Positions 9,660-18,565 of a DNA stretch of 64,000 nt are shown in pieces. Position 1 is the first letter of the stretch. Each line of letters starts with the position of its first letter. Origin of the DNA: Candidatus Bipolaricaulota bacterium (GTDB taxonomy: Bacteria; Bipolaricaulota; Bipolaricaulia; UBA7950; UBA9294); NCBI GenBank assembly GCA_041302525.1, contig JBFYQX010000005.1, positions 8,213 to 72,212 of the forward strand, written 5' to 3'. Made by a program: the position numbers and the translations under genes. The notes under the pieces were generated by a model. The model worked only from the letters and a program-made list of their open reading frames with translations. It made no database searches and was not told where the DNA came from.

Positions 9660-10538
9660 ATGCAGACTTGGGTGTGGATTCTCATTGTGGCAGCGGTCGT
9701 CATCTTCCTCGGTGGCATCCGCATCGTTCGTCCGACCCATCGGTCCCTTGTCGAGCGGCTGGGCAAGTACCACCGGTTCGGCACGCCGGGCTTCCATTGG
9801 GTCATCCCGTTGATCGATCGGCTGATTCAGATCAACGTCACCGAACAGATGGTCGACGCGCAGCCGCAGGAGATCATCACCAACGACAACCTGAATGCGC
9901 GCGTCGACGCCCAGGTCTACTTCAAGGTGAAGGACGACGAAGACAACGTCAAGAGCTCGCAGTACAACGTGAACAACTACCAGATGCAGATCGTGAACCT
10001 GGCGCGCACGACGCTGCGCAACATCATCGGCACGATGACGCTCAAGTCGGCGAACAGCGAGCGCGACAAGATCAACCAAGAGCTACTCGCCACCCTGGCG
10101 TCCGAGACGAAGAACTGGGGCATGGAGATCGTGCGAACCGAGTTGAAGGAGATCGACCCGCCGAAGGACGTTCAGGAGACGATGAACAAGGTCGTCAAGG
10201 CGGAGAACGAGAAGATCGCCGCGCTTGACTACGCCAACGCCGTGGAGCGTCAAGCGGACGGAGAGAAGCGCTCCGAGATCAAGAAGGCGGAAGGCATCAA
10301 GCAGGCGAAGATCCTCGCCGCCGAAGGCGAGGCGGAGGCGATCCGGCTCGTCAACGAGGCGGCGAACACGTACTTCGTCGGGAACGCGCAACTGCTGCGC
10401 AAGCTCGAGGCACTGGAGAGGTCGTTGAAGGACAACGCGAAGATCGTCATCCCCGAGGGCACGGAACTGATCAACGTGATCGGCGACCTCGCGGGGACTC
10501 CCCTGCCGATCAAGCGCTCGAGCGCAGAGCCGAAATAG
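9660..10538 (+). CDS. SPFH/band-7 (stomatin/prohibitin-like) membrane protein
   Basis: N-terminal TM helix, SPFH core and C-terminal coiled coil. RBS AGGGGGAG. Confidence 0.85.
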   Translation: MQTWVWILIVAAVVIFLGGIRIVRPTHRSLVERLGKYHRFGTPGFHWVIPLIDRLIQINVTEQMVDAQPQEIITNDNLNARVDAQVYFKVKDDEDNVKSSQYNVNNYQMQIVNLARTTLRNIIGTMTLKSANSERDKINQELLATLASETKNWGMEIVRTELKEIDPPKDVQETMNKVVKAENEKIAALDYANAVERQADGEKRSEIKKAEGIKQAKILAAEGEAEAIRLVNEAANTYFVGNAQLLRKLEALERSLKDNAKIVIPEGTELINVIGDLAGTPLPIKRSSAEPK

Positions 10539-10609
10539 ATCTTGAGCGATGGTGACTGAGTGAGCGCGCCCCCGCGAGGGGGCGCCTCGCTTCGACGCTG
10601 GACGGGTCC

Positions 10610-11929
10610 ATGGGCGAGCGACAGGTGATCGAACGAACCCCGAACCTCCCGGCGACGGTCGAGTCTCTCACGCGCGATCTCTGTGCGCTGGGCGTCCGGC
10701 CGGGCGCAGTCGTCCTCGTGCACGCGTCGCTGCGCGCGTTGGGTTGGGTCTGCGGCGGCCCGGTTGCGGTGATAGGCGCGCTTGAGGCGGTCGTAGGCCC
10801 TTCAGGCACCCTCGTCATGCCGGCGCACAGCGGCCAGTTGACCGATCCGCGAGACTGGCGACTCCCGCCGGTGCCGGAAGCGTGGAAGTCGCTCATCCGT
10901 GCGGCGATGCCGGCCTACGACCCGCGCTCGACGCCGACGCGCGGCGTGGGTGCCATCGCGGAGGCGTTTCGCGCGTGGCCAGGGACCGTGCGCAGCGTGC
11001 ACCCGCACGTCTCGTTCGCTGCGCTCGGACCGGAGGCGCGCGCCGTGTGCGGCGGTCATGCCCTCGAGTTCGGCCTCGGCGAGCGCTCGCCCGTGGCGCG
11101 GATCTACGACCTCGATGGGCTCGTGCTCCTTCTTGGGGTGGGCTTCGCGTCGAATACGTCGCTCCACCTTGCCGAGTATCGCGCTGACTACCCTGGCAAG
11201 CGGACCATCGCGCAGGGAGCGCCCGTGCTCCGGGACGGTAGGCGTGAGTGGGTCACGTTCTCCGACCTCGCTATCTCGAGCGACGACTTCGAGGAGCTGG
11301 GCGTGGCCTTCGGGTCTGTTCCGGGCCGGGTGACGACGGGCCGCGTCGGCGCGGGCGCTGCCATGCTCATGCGCCAGCGAGACCTCGTTGACTTCGGCGT
11401 TCGCTGGATGGAGGCGCACCGCGGCACGCCGCGCACGGGTGACGGCATCACCGTCCGCGCGGCGCAAGCCGCAGACCGAGCGGAGTGGGCCGACCTCCGA
11501 CAGGCTCTCTGGCCTGGGACCACGGCAGCCGAACTCGGTGCGGAACTCGACGCGCTTCTCGTCGACCCGCGGGCGGCCACGTTCGTCGCCGCGGCATCTC
11601 CCGGGCGGCTCCGTGGCTTCGCCGAGGTCGCGCTGCGCGACGAGGCGGAAGGCTGCGCGACGCACCCCGTGGGCTATCTTGAAGGCTGGTACGTCAGCCC
11701 CGAGTTTCGGGGTCGCGGGGTCGGTCGCCGTCTCGCCGCGGCGGGAGAGGCTTGGGCGCGTGAGCGCGGCTGCACTGAGATGGCGTCGGACACGACGCCC
11801 GAGTACCCGGACAGCCCGGCCGCGCACGCCGCCGCTGGATACGAGCGGGTCCAAGTCACCGTGCACTTCCGCAAGGACCTCGTACCTCAGCAGAAAAGCC
11901 ATGGGAAGCTTCCGGCCAATGAAGACTGA
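10610..11929 (+). CDS. fused aminoglycoside N-acetyltransferase: N-terminal AAC(3) domain + C-terminal AAC(6')-I-type GNAT domain, 439 aa
   Basis: Residues ~20-280 match the AAC(3) family (VLVHASLRALG..TLVMPAHSG..LLLGVGFASNTSLHLAEY). Residues ~290-439 match AAC(6')-Iy-like sequences (LRQALWPG..YLEGWYVSPEFRGRGVGRRL..GCTEMASDTTPEY..VHFRK). Confidence 0.85.
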   Translation: MGERQVIERTPNLPATVESLTRDLCALGVRPGAVVLVHASLRALGWVCGGPVAVIGALEAVVGPSGTLVMPAHSGQLTDPRDWRLPPVPEAWKSLIRAAMPAYDPRSTPTRGVGAIAEAFRAWPGTVRSVHPHVSFAALGPEARAVCGGHALEFGLGERSPVARIYDLDGLVLLLGVGFASNTSLHLAEYRADYPGKRTIAQGAPVLRDGRREWVTFSDLAISSDDFEELGVAFGSVPGRVTTGRVGAGAAMLMRQRDLVDFGVRWMEAHRGTPRTGDGITVRAAQAADRAEWADLRQALWPGTTAAELGAELDALLVDPRAATFVAAASPGRLRGFAEVALRDEAEGCATHPVGYLEGWYVSPEFRGRGVGRRLAAAGEAWARERGCTEMASDTTPEYPDSPAAHAAAGYERVQVTVHFRKDLVPQQKSHGKLPANED

Positions 11930-12017
11930 AGATTTGACCCCGCGCGAGCGCCGGCTCGCGGGGATGCGTTTGGATCGGGAGCCATGTAGATGTAGACCCG
12001 GCGAGAGGAGCTTGCCG

Positions 12018-13847
12018 ATGTGGATCCGAGCGGGTGGCCTTGTGTGTTTGCTGGTGGCATCGGGTCTAGCGGGCGTTGCCATCGACGCGACGTCCCCGGC
12101 CGCTGCATGGACGCCGCCGGGCCTGCCGGAGGTCCGGGCGGGACTCGATGGGCTTCCGTGGGGTCAGTTCGTCGAGACGTCCTATGTCCTGTACATCCTC
12201 CGGTTTCCCGAAGCGGTCACGCGAATGGGGATGGCGACTGCCTTGGGCGTGCGGAATGACCGACTGAACGACTACTCGGACGCCTACGTGCGCGAGACGA
12301 TGGAGATTGAGTCGGAGATCCTTGGCCGGCTGCGCGCGTTCGATCGAGCGAGTCTCTCGCCGGCCGAGCAGGCGGTCTACGACGCCAGCGCGTGGTACTG
12401 GGACGATCTGGTACGCGCTCACCGGTTTGCCTACTGCGACTACCCGGTGAGCCATCTCTTCGTCACCAGTCTCGATCAGCTGGTGTTCGAGCTCCTCACG
12501 GAGATTCACCCGCTCGCGACCGCGGGCGACGCCGAGGACTACGTTCTGCGGCTCGAGCAGGTCGGGACGCAGTTCGACGGGATCCTCGACGCGCTCGATC
12601 GTCGGGCCGACGCGGGTGTGATTGTCCCGCAGCGGGTGATCGACTGGGCGACATACGGCATGCGTTCCCTGGCCTACGGATCGGCGCCGTCTAGCCCGTA
12701 CTTCGTCCGGCTGCGTGATGCGCTGCCGGCGATGGCCGGCCTCTCCCCAGACCGCGCCGACGCGCTCCGCGGCAGAGCCGAAACCGCGGTGAGCGACGTC
12801 GTCATTCCCGCCTACCGCCGTCTGCTGTCGAAGCTTTCGGGCCTGCGCAGCCAGGCGCCCGAGGTCGGGGTCTGGCGCGTCCCGGATGGTCGGGCGTACT
12901 ACGAGCACTTGCTGAGGCACTTCACGGGCCTCGACCAGAGCGCCGCGGACGTCCACGACCTGGGTCTGCGTGAGGTCGCCAGGATCCACGACGAAGTCCG
13001 CTCCTGCGCCAACGCTCTTGGATACCCCGCGGAATCGTTGACGATCGCCGCGCTCTTTGCGGCCGTCGAGCGGGACGGCGGAGCCTTGGTCGGCGAGGAG
13101 ATCCTCCGCGAGTACGAGCGGCTGATCGATCGAGCCGCGGTGGATGCGCTCGCTTTCCTGCCTGCGTTGCCGTCGACCGCTGTGGTCGTCCGGCCGGATC
13201 CGGTGGGTGGTTTCTACCGATCGGCGCCGCGCGACGGGTCAGCGCCCGCAACGTTTGGCGCGCAGACAACGGGGACGCAACCTCGGTTCACGATGCCAAC
13301 GCTCGCGTACCACGAGACGATTCCCGGTCATCACGTCCAGATCGCGCTGGCTCAGGAAATGGACCTGCCGCTTCTCCTCCGGGAGACCGCCTTCCTCGGA
13401 TTCACCGAAGGGTGGGCGCTCTACGCCGAGCGGCTGGCGGCCGAAGCGGGTTGGTACGCGGACGATCCGTATGGGAACCTCGGTCGGTTGCAGTTCGAGC
13501 TCATGCGCGCGGCGCGGCTTGCCGTTGACACCGGAATCCACGCCGTCGGCTGGGGCTACGACGAGGCTTTGGTCTGGTATCAAGAGGCGACGGGACGGTC
13601 GCCGCAGCTTGCGCAGCAAGACGTGTACCGCTACGCCGCCTGGCCCGGCCAGGCGGTGTCGTACGCCGTTGGCTACCTTGAGTTGCTCGCACTGCGCGAC
13701 GCCACGCGGTCCGCGCTCGGCGACAGGTTCGACCTCACTGCGTTCCATCGGGCCGTCCTCGCGCAGGGGAACGTCCCGCTCGCTGTTCTTGCGGGCGCCA
13801 TGGCGGGATGGATCGCGGCGTCTGCGGCGGAAACGGCGTTGCCGTAG
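12018..13847 (+). CDS. DUF885 family protein (putative secreted metallopeptidase-like), 609 aa
   Basis: Signal peptide (MWIRAGGLVCLLVASGLAGVA) and an HExxH-like YHETIPGHH motif. Overall it matches the DUF885 architecture and is a paralog of 31413-33224. Confidence 0.8.
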   Translation: MWIRAGGLVCLLVASGLAGVAIDATSPAAAWTPPGLPEVRAGLDGLPWGQFVETSYVLYILRFPEAVTRMGMATALGVRNDRLNDYSDAYVRETMEIESEILGRLRAFDRASLSPAEQAVYDASAWYWDDLVRAHRFAYCDYPVSHLFVTSLDQLVFELLTEIHPLATAGDAEDYVLRLEQVGTQFDGILDALDRRADAGVIVPQRVIDWATYGMRSLAYGSAPSSPYFVRLRDALPAMAGLSPDRADALRGRAETAVSDVVIPAYRRLLSKLSGLRSQAPEVGVWRVPDGRAYYEHLLRHFTGLDQSAADVHDLGLREVARIHDEVRSCANALGYPAESLTIAALFAAVERDGGALVGEEILREYERLIDRAAVDALAFLPALPSTAVVVRPDPVGGFYRSAPRDGSAPATFGAQTTGTQPRFTMPTLAYHETIPGHHVQIALAQEMDLPLLLRETAFLGFTEGWALYAERLAAEAGWYADDPYGNLGRLQFELMRAARLAVDTGIHAVGWGYDEALVWYQEATGRSPQLAQQDVYRYAAWPGQAVSYAVGYLELLALRDATRSALGDRFDLTAFHRAVLAQGNVPLAVLAGAMAGWIAASAAETALP

Positions 13848-13856
13848 GGGCCGGAT

Positions 13857-14831
13857 CTACCGCAGCGGGTCGACGTGCTTGCGCCACAGGGCCAGCGCGT
13901 GGTCGCGCGGGTCCACAACGTCGATGCCTTGGTTGGCGAAGAAAACGTTCGTGTTCTCGAGGTCGCGCACGAGGAGTTCCAGCGCGTCGTCGTTGTAGCG
14001 GGGATCGACGGCCTGCGGGAAGTCGATGATCGTCACGCGGCCGTTCCAGTAGAGCATGTTGTACGGCGAGAGATCGGCGTGGACGCGGTGGTGCGTGAGG
14101 AACAGGGCGACGTTCTCGAGGAGTCGCTTGTAGATCCGCTCGGCATCCGCGGCGTCGAGCGACACGCCGACGAGCACCGGAGCGGGATGCTCGGCGTCGC
14201 CGACGTAGTCCATGAGGATCACGGGGCCTGTGCGCTCGATGGGGCATGGCACGTCGCAACCGGCGGCGTGGAGGTTCTCGAGGGTTCTCATCTCGTGGGC
14301 GATCCAGGCGCTGAACTTGTGCGTGCGGCCGTGCTGTGTCTTCTTTCCGAGAGCACGGAGGACGCGCGCATCCGGTCGCGCGCCGCGAGCGCGGCCCTGC
14401 TGGTAGACTTCGTCGCGCCGGAAGCTGCGCGTTTCGAGCGGCCGGTAGACCTTGGCCGCCACAAGATCATGGCCGAGCGATGGGTGCGCCCGGCAGCAGT
14501 AGACGACCGCCTCCTTGCCGCTCTTGATCGGGCGGACGACCTCGAGCAGGAGGTGCTCGTCGATCAGGGGAGCAAGATGCTGGAGGAGCTCCTCTTCCAC
14601 CGTCTTTTCGTCGGGTGCAGGGACCTTCGCCGGCGCGTTCTTGCGCGGCGGCCGACGATGCGACTCGTCGAGCTCTTCGTAGTGGCGGATGACGTTTCCT
14701 CCCCGGGTCTGCGCGCGGGCAGCCTCTGCTACGCAGTATACCCGGCCAGGCGCCGCAACCGGGCGGGAACCTTGGGGCTTCCAGCGCGGTATGATACGGC
14801 GACGTTCCCGCAGGAAGGAGAAACATGACAA
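13857..14831 (-). CDS. RIO-type (RIO1 family) serine protein kinase
   Basis: Gly-loop IKSGKEAVVY, catalytic HADLSPYNML and metal-binding IIDFPQAV. The start is uncertain: TTG at 14831 would clash with the divergent neighbour's ATG, and GTG at 14601 (VEEELLQ) gives a ~248-aa protein. Confidence 0.7.
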   Translation of the reverse strand: MSCFSFLRERRRIIPRWKPQGSRPVAAPGRVYCVAEAARAQTRGGNVIRHYEELDESHRRPPRKNAPAKVPAPDEKTVEEELLQHLAPLIDEHLLLEVVRPIKSGKEAVVYCCRAHPSLGHDLVAAKVYRPLETRSFRRDEVYQQGRARGARPDARVLRALGKKTQHGRTHKFSAWIAHEMRTLENLHAAGCDVPCPIERTGPVILMDYVGDAEHPAPVLVGVSLDAADAERIYKRLLENVALFLTHHRVHADLSPYNMLYWNGRVTIIDFPQAVDPRYNDDALELLVRDLENTNVFFANQGIDVVDPRDHALALWRKHVDPLR

Positions 14832-15892
14832 GGAAGCTCGCTCTCTGTGTCTTTTGGGTGATGGGTGCCGCCGCGGCCGCGGTCGCTGGACCTCAGCTTG
14901 CCGTGGACCTCGCGAACTACGCGTTTCCCGACACGGTCGAAGGGATTGCCGTCGCCCACACCTTCACCCTCACCAACAGCGGGAATCAGGAACTGGTCAT
15001 CGAGAGCGCGAGACCGGGGTGCGAGTGTGTGAGCGTTCAACTCGCCAAGAGCCGCCTTCAGCCGGGCGAGTCGATCGGGCTGTACGCCCTGCTCGACACG
15101 CAGAACCTGTCTGGCAAGACCACGCGCTCGATCACCGTGACGTCCAACGACCCGGGCCCGTATGGCGACTACAAGCGCAACCTGTCCCTTGTCGGGGTCA
15201 TTCTGGCCCGGCAGCCGTATCAGCGATCGGTGGGCGAGGCGTTCGGCAGCCGGCTCCTCCTGCTCGATGTCCGTAGTCCCGGGGACTACGCGGCGGGACA
15301 CCTCGTGGGCGCGCTCAACGTTCCCGAAAACCAGGTGGCGAGCCTGGCCGCGACGCTACCGGCCGGTACGCGCGTCGTCTTCTACGATCAGCAAGGAGCA
15401 AGCGCGACGCAACGCGCGGTGGCCCAGTCGCTGCACGGCGGCGGCCTGGACGACGTGTGGGCTGTGCGCGGCGGTTTTGCCACTTGGCAGAAGGAGTACG
15501 GAGCCCAGCGGCTGATGGCCGGCTCGCAGGCGACGTGGCAGTTCCTCGACCTGTCGGGCGCGCGTGCCTACACCTCGTCCTCGTCCTACGGCGTCTACGA
15601 CGTCAACCAGCTCGCATCCGACGCCGTGTGGATCGACATGCGGTCCGCGGCGGCGTTTGCTGCCGGCCACCTCGTCGGCGCGCTGAACCTCGCGGAGTCG
15701 TCGATCCAGGCGTTCATCGAGACGCTGCCGCGGTCGACGCCCGTCGTCGTCTACAGCGACGATGGTCGCGACAGCGATCGGGTCGTCGAGAACCTCTGGC
15801 GAAGGGGAAGTCGGGCGAAGAGCCTACTCGGCGGGCTGGCCGAGTGGCGGAAGCAGCACGGGGACGAGCTTATCATTCAGTCCTCAAGCTAG
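14825..15892 (+). CDS. secreted DUF1573-like CxC beta-sandwich domain + two rhodanese-homology domains, all lacking the catalytic Cys
   Basis: Signal peptide. The DUF1573-like region has the motif SARPGCECVSV. Two rhodanese folds carry Asp or Ser at the active-site position (VVFYDQQGAS and VVVYSDDGRDS). Confidence 0.75.
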   Translation: MTRKLALCVFWVMGAAAAAVAGPQLAVDLANYAFPDTVEGIAVAHTFTLTNSGNQELVIESARPGCECVSVQLAKSRLQPGESIGLYALLDTQNLSGKTTRSITVTSNDPGPYGDYKRNLSLVGVILARQPYQRSVGEAFGSRLLLLDVRSPGDYAAGHLVGALNVPENQVASLAATLPAGTRVVFYDQQGASATQRAVAQSLHGGGLDDVWAVRGGFATWQKEYGAQRLMAGSQATWQFLDLSGARAYTSSSSYGVYDVNQLASDAVWIDMRSAAAFAAGHLVGALNLAESSIQAFIETLPRSTPVVVYSDDGRDSDRVVENLWRRGSRAKSLLGGLAEWRKQHGDELIIQSSS

Positions 15893-17076
15893 CGCGACGA
15901 GCGCGCCGAGCGGCTGCCTGCGTCAGCTTCGCCGCCTTGCGGCGATGTGAGGCCGTCGTGGGCCTTTGCGAGCCACGCCGCGATCTCGATTCCCTGCGGG
16001 CACTTCGTCTCGCACGCGCGGCAGCCGATGCACCGATCGGCTCGCGCCTCGGGCTTCATGAACCGCTCGTAGCTCGCCCGCGCGCGGTCGAGGTCGCCGT
16101 AGGCTGTCCCGTTGTTGTAGATCTCGAAGACTCGCGGGATGGCGACTCCTTGCGGGCACGGCTCGCAGTAGCGGCATCCGGTGCAAGGGATGGGGGCGAG
16201 CGCCCGGTACGCATCGCGGACGCGCCCGACGAGCGCAAGGTCTGCGGCACGGAGCAGGCCGACGCCGGAGTGCTCGGCGCTCGCGAGGTTCTCCTCGACG
16301 TGGCGCATCGTGGACATGCCGGACAGCAGAAACGAGACGTCGGGATCGTTCCACACCCACTGGAGTGCCCAATCGGCCGGCGATCGCTTCGTCGTCGCCT
16401 CGTCCCAGATCTCGGCCACCGTTCGAGGTGCTGGGAGGGTGAGCGAACCTCCGCGGAGAGGTTCCATCACGACGACGGCAAGGCCGCGCTCGGCCGCGTA
16501 GCGGAGCCCGGCTGTGCCCGCCTGGTACTCGACGTCCATGTAGTTGTATTGGATCTGACAGAAGGTCCAGTCGTACGTGTCGACGATCTTGCGGAACGTG
16601 TCGAGGTCGTCGTGAAACGAGAAGCCGAGGTGGCCGATCCGCCCTTCGGCGAGCGCACGCTCCGCCCAGTCGAGCACGCCGAGATCGTAGAGCTTCGGCC
16701 ACTGCACGCGATTGAGTCCGTGCAGGAGGTAGAAGTCAACGCTCTCGGTCGCAAGGCGCGCGCGCTGCTCGTCGAGAAAACGATCGAAGTCGTCGGTCCT
16801 CTCAACGAGCCAAGAGGGCATCTTGGTGGCGACGCGAACGCGCGCGCGGTATCCATCGCTCAGGCATCGTCCGAGAAACCGCTCCGACTGCTCGCCGTGG
16901 TAGGACCACGCGGTGTCGACGTAGTTCACGCCGCGGTCGATGGCGGTGCGCACCATCTGCGTCGCAAGCGGCTCGTCGATCCTTGCATGGTCGCCCCCGA
17001 GAGTCGGCAGCCGCATGGCGCCGAATCCGAGCGCGGAGGGCCTCCAGCCGAGTCGGCCGAATCGTCGGGTCTTCAT
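15889..17076 (-). CDS. aldo/keto reductase with C-terminal 4Fe-4S ferredoxin-type domain (COG1453-like)
   Basis: AKR core (GVNYVDTAWSYHGEQSE...) followed by two CxxCxxC(P) clusters (CTGCRYCEPCP and CIGCRACETKCP). ATG at 17076 with a GGGAGG RBS. Confidence 0.85.
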   Translation of the reverse strand: MKTRRFGRLGWRPSALGFGAMRLPTLGGDHARIDEPLATQMVRTAIDRGVNYVDTAWSYHGEQSERFLGRCLSDGYRARVRVATKMPSWLVERTDDFDRFLDEQRARLATESVDFYLLHGLNRVQWPKLYDLGVLDWAERALAEGRIGHLGFSFHDDLDTFRKIVDTYDWTFCQIQYNYMDVEYQAGTAGLRYAAERGLAVVVMEPLRGGSLTLPAPRTVAEIWDEATTKRSPADWALQWVWNDPDVSFLLSGMSTMRHVEENLASAEHSGVGLLRAADLALVGRVRDAYRALAPIPCTGCRYCEPCPQGVAIPRVFEIYNNGTAYGDLDRARASYERFMKPEARADRCIGCRACETKCPQGIEIAAWLAKAHDGLTSPQGGEADAGSRSARSSR

Positions 17077-17169
17077 GGTCGCCTCCCGTTCGATCCTCAC
17101 GCATCGCGCGATGCCGATCAAGAGAAACGCCCCGGCCGTGCCGGGGCGGAGGCGATGAGATCTGCCAAG

Positions 17170-18120
17170 CTAGAGCGGCCGCACCGGTTCGCAGATGTCG
17201 ACGAGCCACTTCTTCTCCGGATGCGTGTCCGGGTCGTTGAGGTATACCTCGTAGCACATCCGATGGTCGGGCTGGTAGCCGCTTGTCGGCATCCACTCCA
17301 TCAGCTTGTCCCACGCCTCGCCGAACTGGGTCACGTCCATCTCGACGTGGGCGACGGCGAACAGCCCTCCAGGGATCTTCATCGTGCCGATGTCCCCGTC
17401 GACCTTCGTCCCCGGCGGAACGGTGAGGCACGCGTCGGAGCGCAGCTTCGACGCGTCGGTCACCTCGGGGCTGTCGTGGTAGACGGCGAGCGACTTCGTC
17501 TCCGGGAAACGGATGAGGCTGCGCGGGCCGGCCCATTTGAACACGCGATCGAACGCCTCGCCGATCTTGTTGTACGCACCGATGTGTCGCGCGTAGACGA
17601 CGTTCCACTCCGGCATCTGCTTCACTTCCACACTGAACTTCATCGGGATCCTCCTCGTGTCTTCGATGGCCGCAGTGTAGGGCGATGAGGGCGAGGAGTC
17701 TCTCTCTGTCTTGCTTTTCGCTTGCCCGTCCTTGCTCTTGACTTGGCGGATCTTGCGCACGGCGTCGCGCCCGCCCTTTCGGAACTCGGACGCGCTCATC
17801 GCGAAGGCGTTGCGAAACTCGCGCGCGAAAGCGGAGGGAGAGGAGTACCCGCATGCCACCGCGATCTCGGTGATCGATGCGCGCGGATTGTTCAGGAGGC
17901 GGGCGGCTGCCGCGCCGACCCGCATGCGGCGGACGAAGTCGTTGAGCGTCTCGCCGACCACCGACTTGAACACGCGGTGGAAGTGAAACGGCGAGAAGCT
18001 GGCGACCTGGGCGAGCGTCTCCAGCCGCAGATCGCCCGCGAGGTTCGCCTGGATGTAGTCCATGACGCGGTTGATCCGCCCCACGTACTCCCGTCTTCGC
18101 AGCTCCTCCTGCTCGATCAT
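17170..18120 (-). CDS. AraC-family transcriptional regulator with C-terminal GyrI-like effector-binding domain
   Basis: N-terminal AraC HTH (FSPFHFHRVFKSVVGETLNDFVRRMR) and a C-terminal GyrI-like domain. ATG at 18120 (MIEQEEL). Confidence 0.85.
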   Translation of the reverse strand: MIEQEELRRREYVGRINRVMDYIQANLAGDLRLETLAQVASFSPFHFHRVFKSVVGETLNDFVRRMRVGAAAARLLNNPRASITEIAVACGYSSPSAFAREFRNAFAMSASEFRKGGRDAVRKIRQVKSKDGQAKSKTERDSSPSSPYTAAIEDTRRIPMKFSVEVKQMPEWNVVYARHIGAYNKIGEAFDRVFKWAGPRSLIRFPETKSLAVYHDSPEVTDASKLRSDACLTVPPGTKVDGDIGTMKIPGGLFAVAHVEMDVTQFGEAWDKLMEWMPTSGYQPDHRMCYEVYLNDPDTHPEKKWLVDICEPVRPL

Positions 18121-18130
18121 GGTCGTCTTC

Positions 18131-18496
18131 CTATCGCGCGCTGCACAGCCTGAGCCGGTTGCCGACGTTGTCGAGCAACAGGGCGAAAGAGCCGAACACG
18201 TCGGAGATCCCTGTCTTCGGCACGAGTGTCTCTCCTCCGTCGGCCACGGTCGCGGCGAGCGCGGCGTCGATGTCGTCGGCCGCGAAGTGCAGGATCGGGC
18301 CCGTTGCAGACGGGCTCTCAGCCTGTGGCCCCGACATGAGTCTGCCGCCCCGGCCGTCGGGTGTCCTGAGCAACGCGTCCTCATGCATGCCCGGGACCGC
18401 CTCGAAGCGCCAGCCGACGATCGACGCGAAGAAGCGCTGCAAGGCCGCGAGGTCGAGGGTGGGCAGTTCGATGTGAGCGAGCCCGTCGTGTGACAT
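18131..18496 (-). CDS. VOC family protein (glyoxalase/bleomycin-resistance fold)
   Basis: ATG at 18496 with a CAGGAGGA RBS. Small VOC fold, lying immediately downstream of the AraC/GyrI regulator. Confidence 0.8.
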   Translation of the reverse strand: MSHDGLAHIELPTLDLAALQRFFASIVGWRFEAVPGMHEDALLRTPDGRGGRLMSGPQAESPSATGPILHFAADDIDAALAATVADGGETLVPKTGISDVFGSFALLLDNVGNRLRLCSAR

Positions 18497-18565
18497 GGCA
18501 TCCTCCTGTTCTCCGGATCCCGGCGTCATCATACGGATCGTCGGAGGTTGCCAGCCGAAGCTGCC

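Noticed and set aside
15457-17854. 743-aa plus-strand ORF and 350-aa minus-strand ORF covering the AKR and AraC region
   Set aside because: Both are artefact frames of high-GC DNA. The real genes in this region have clear domains and good RBS-start pairs.
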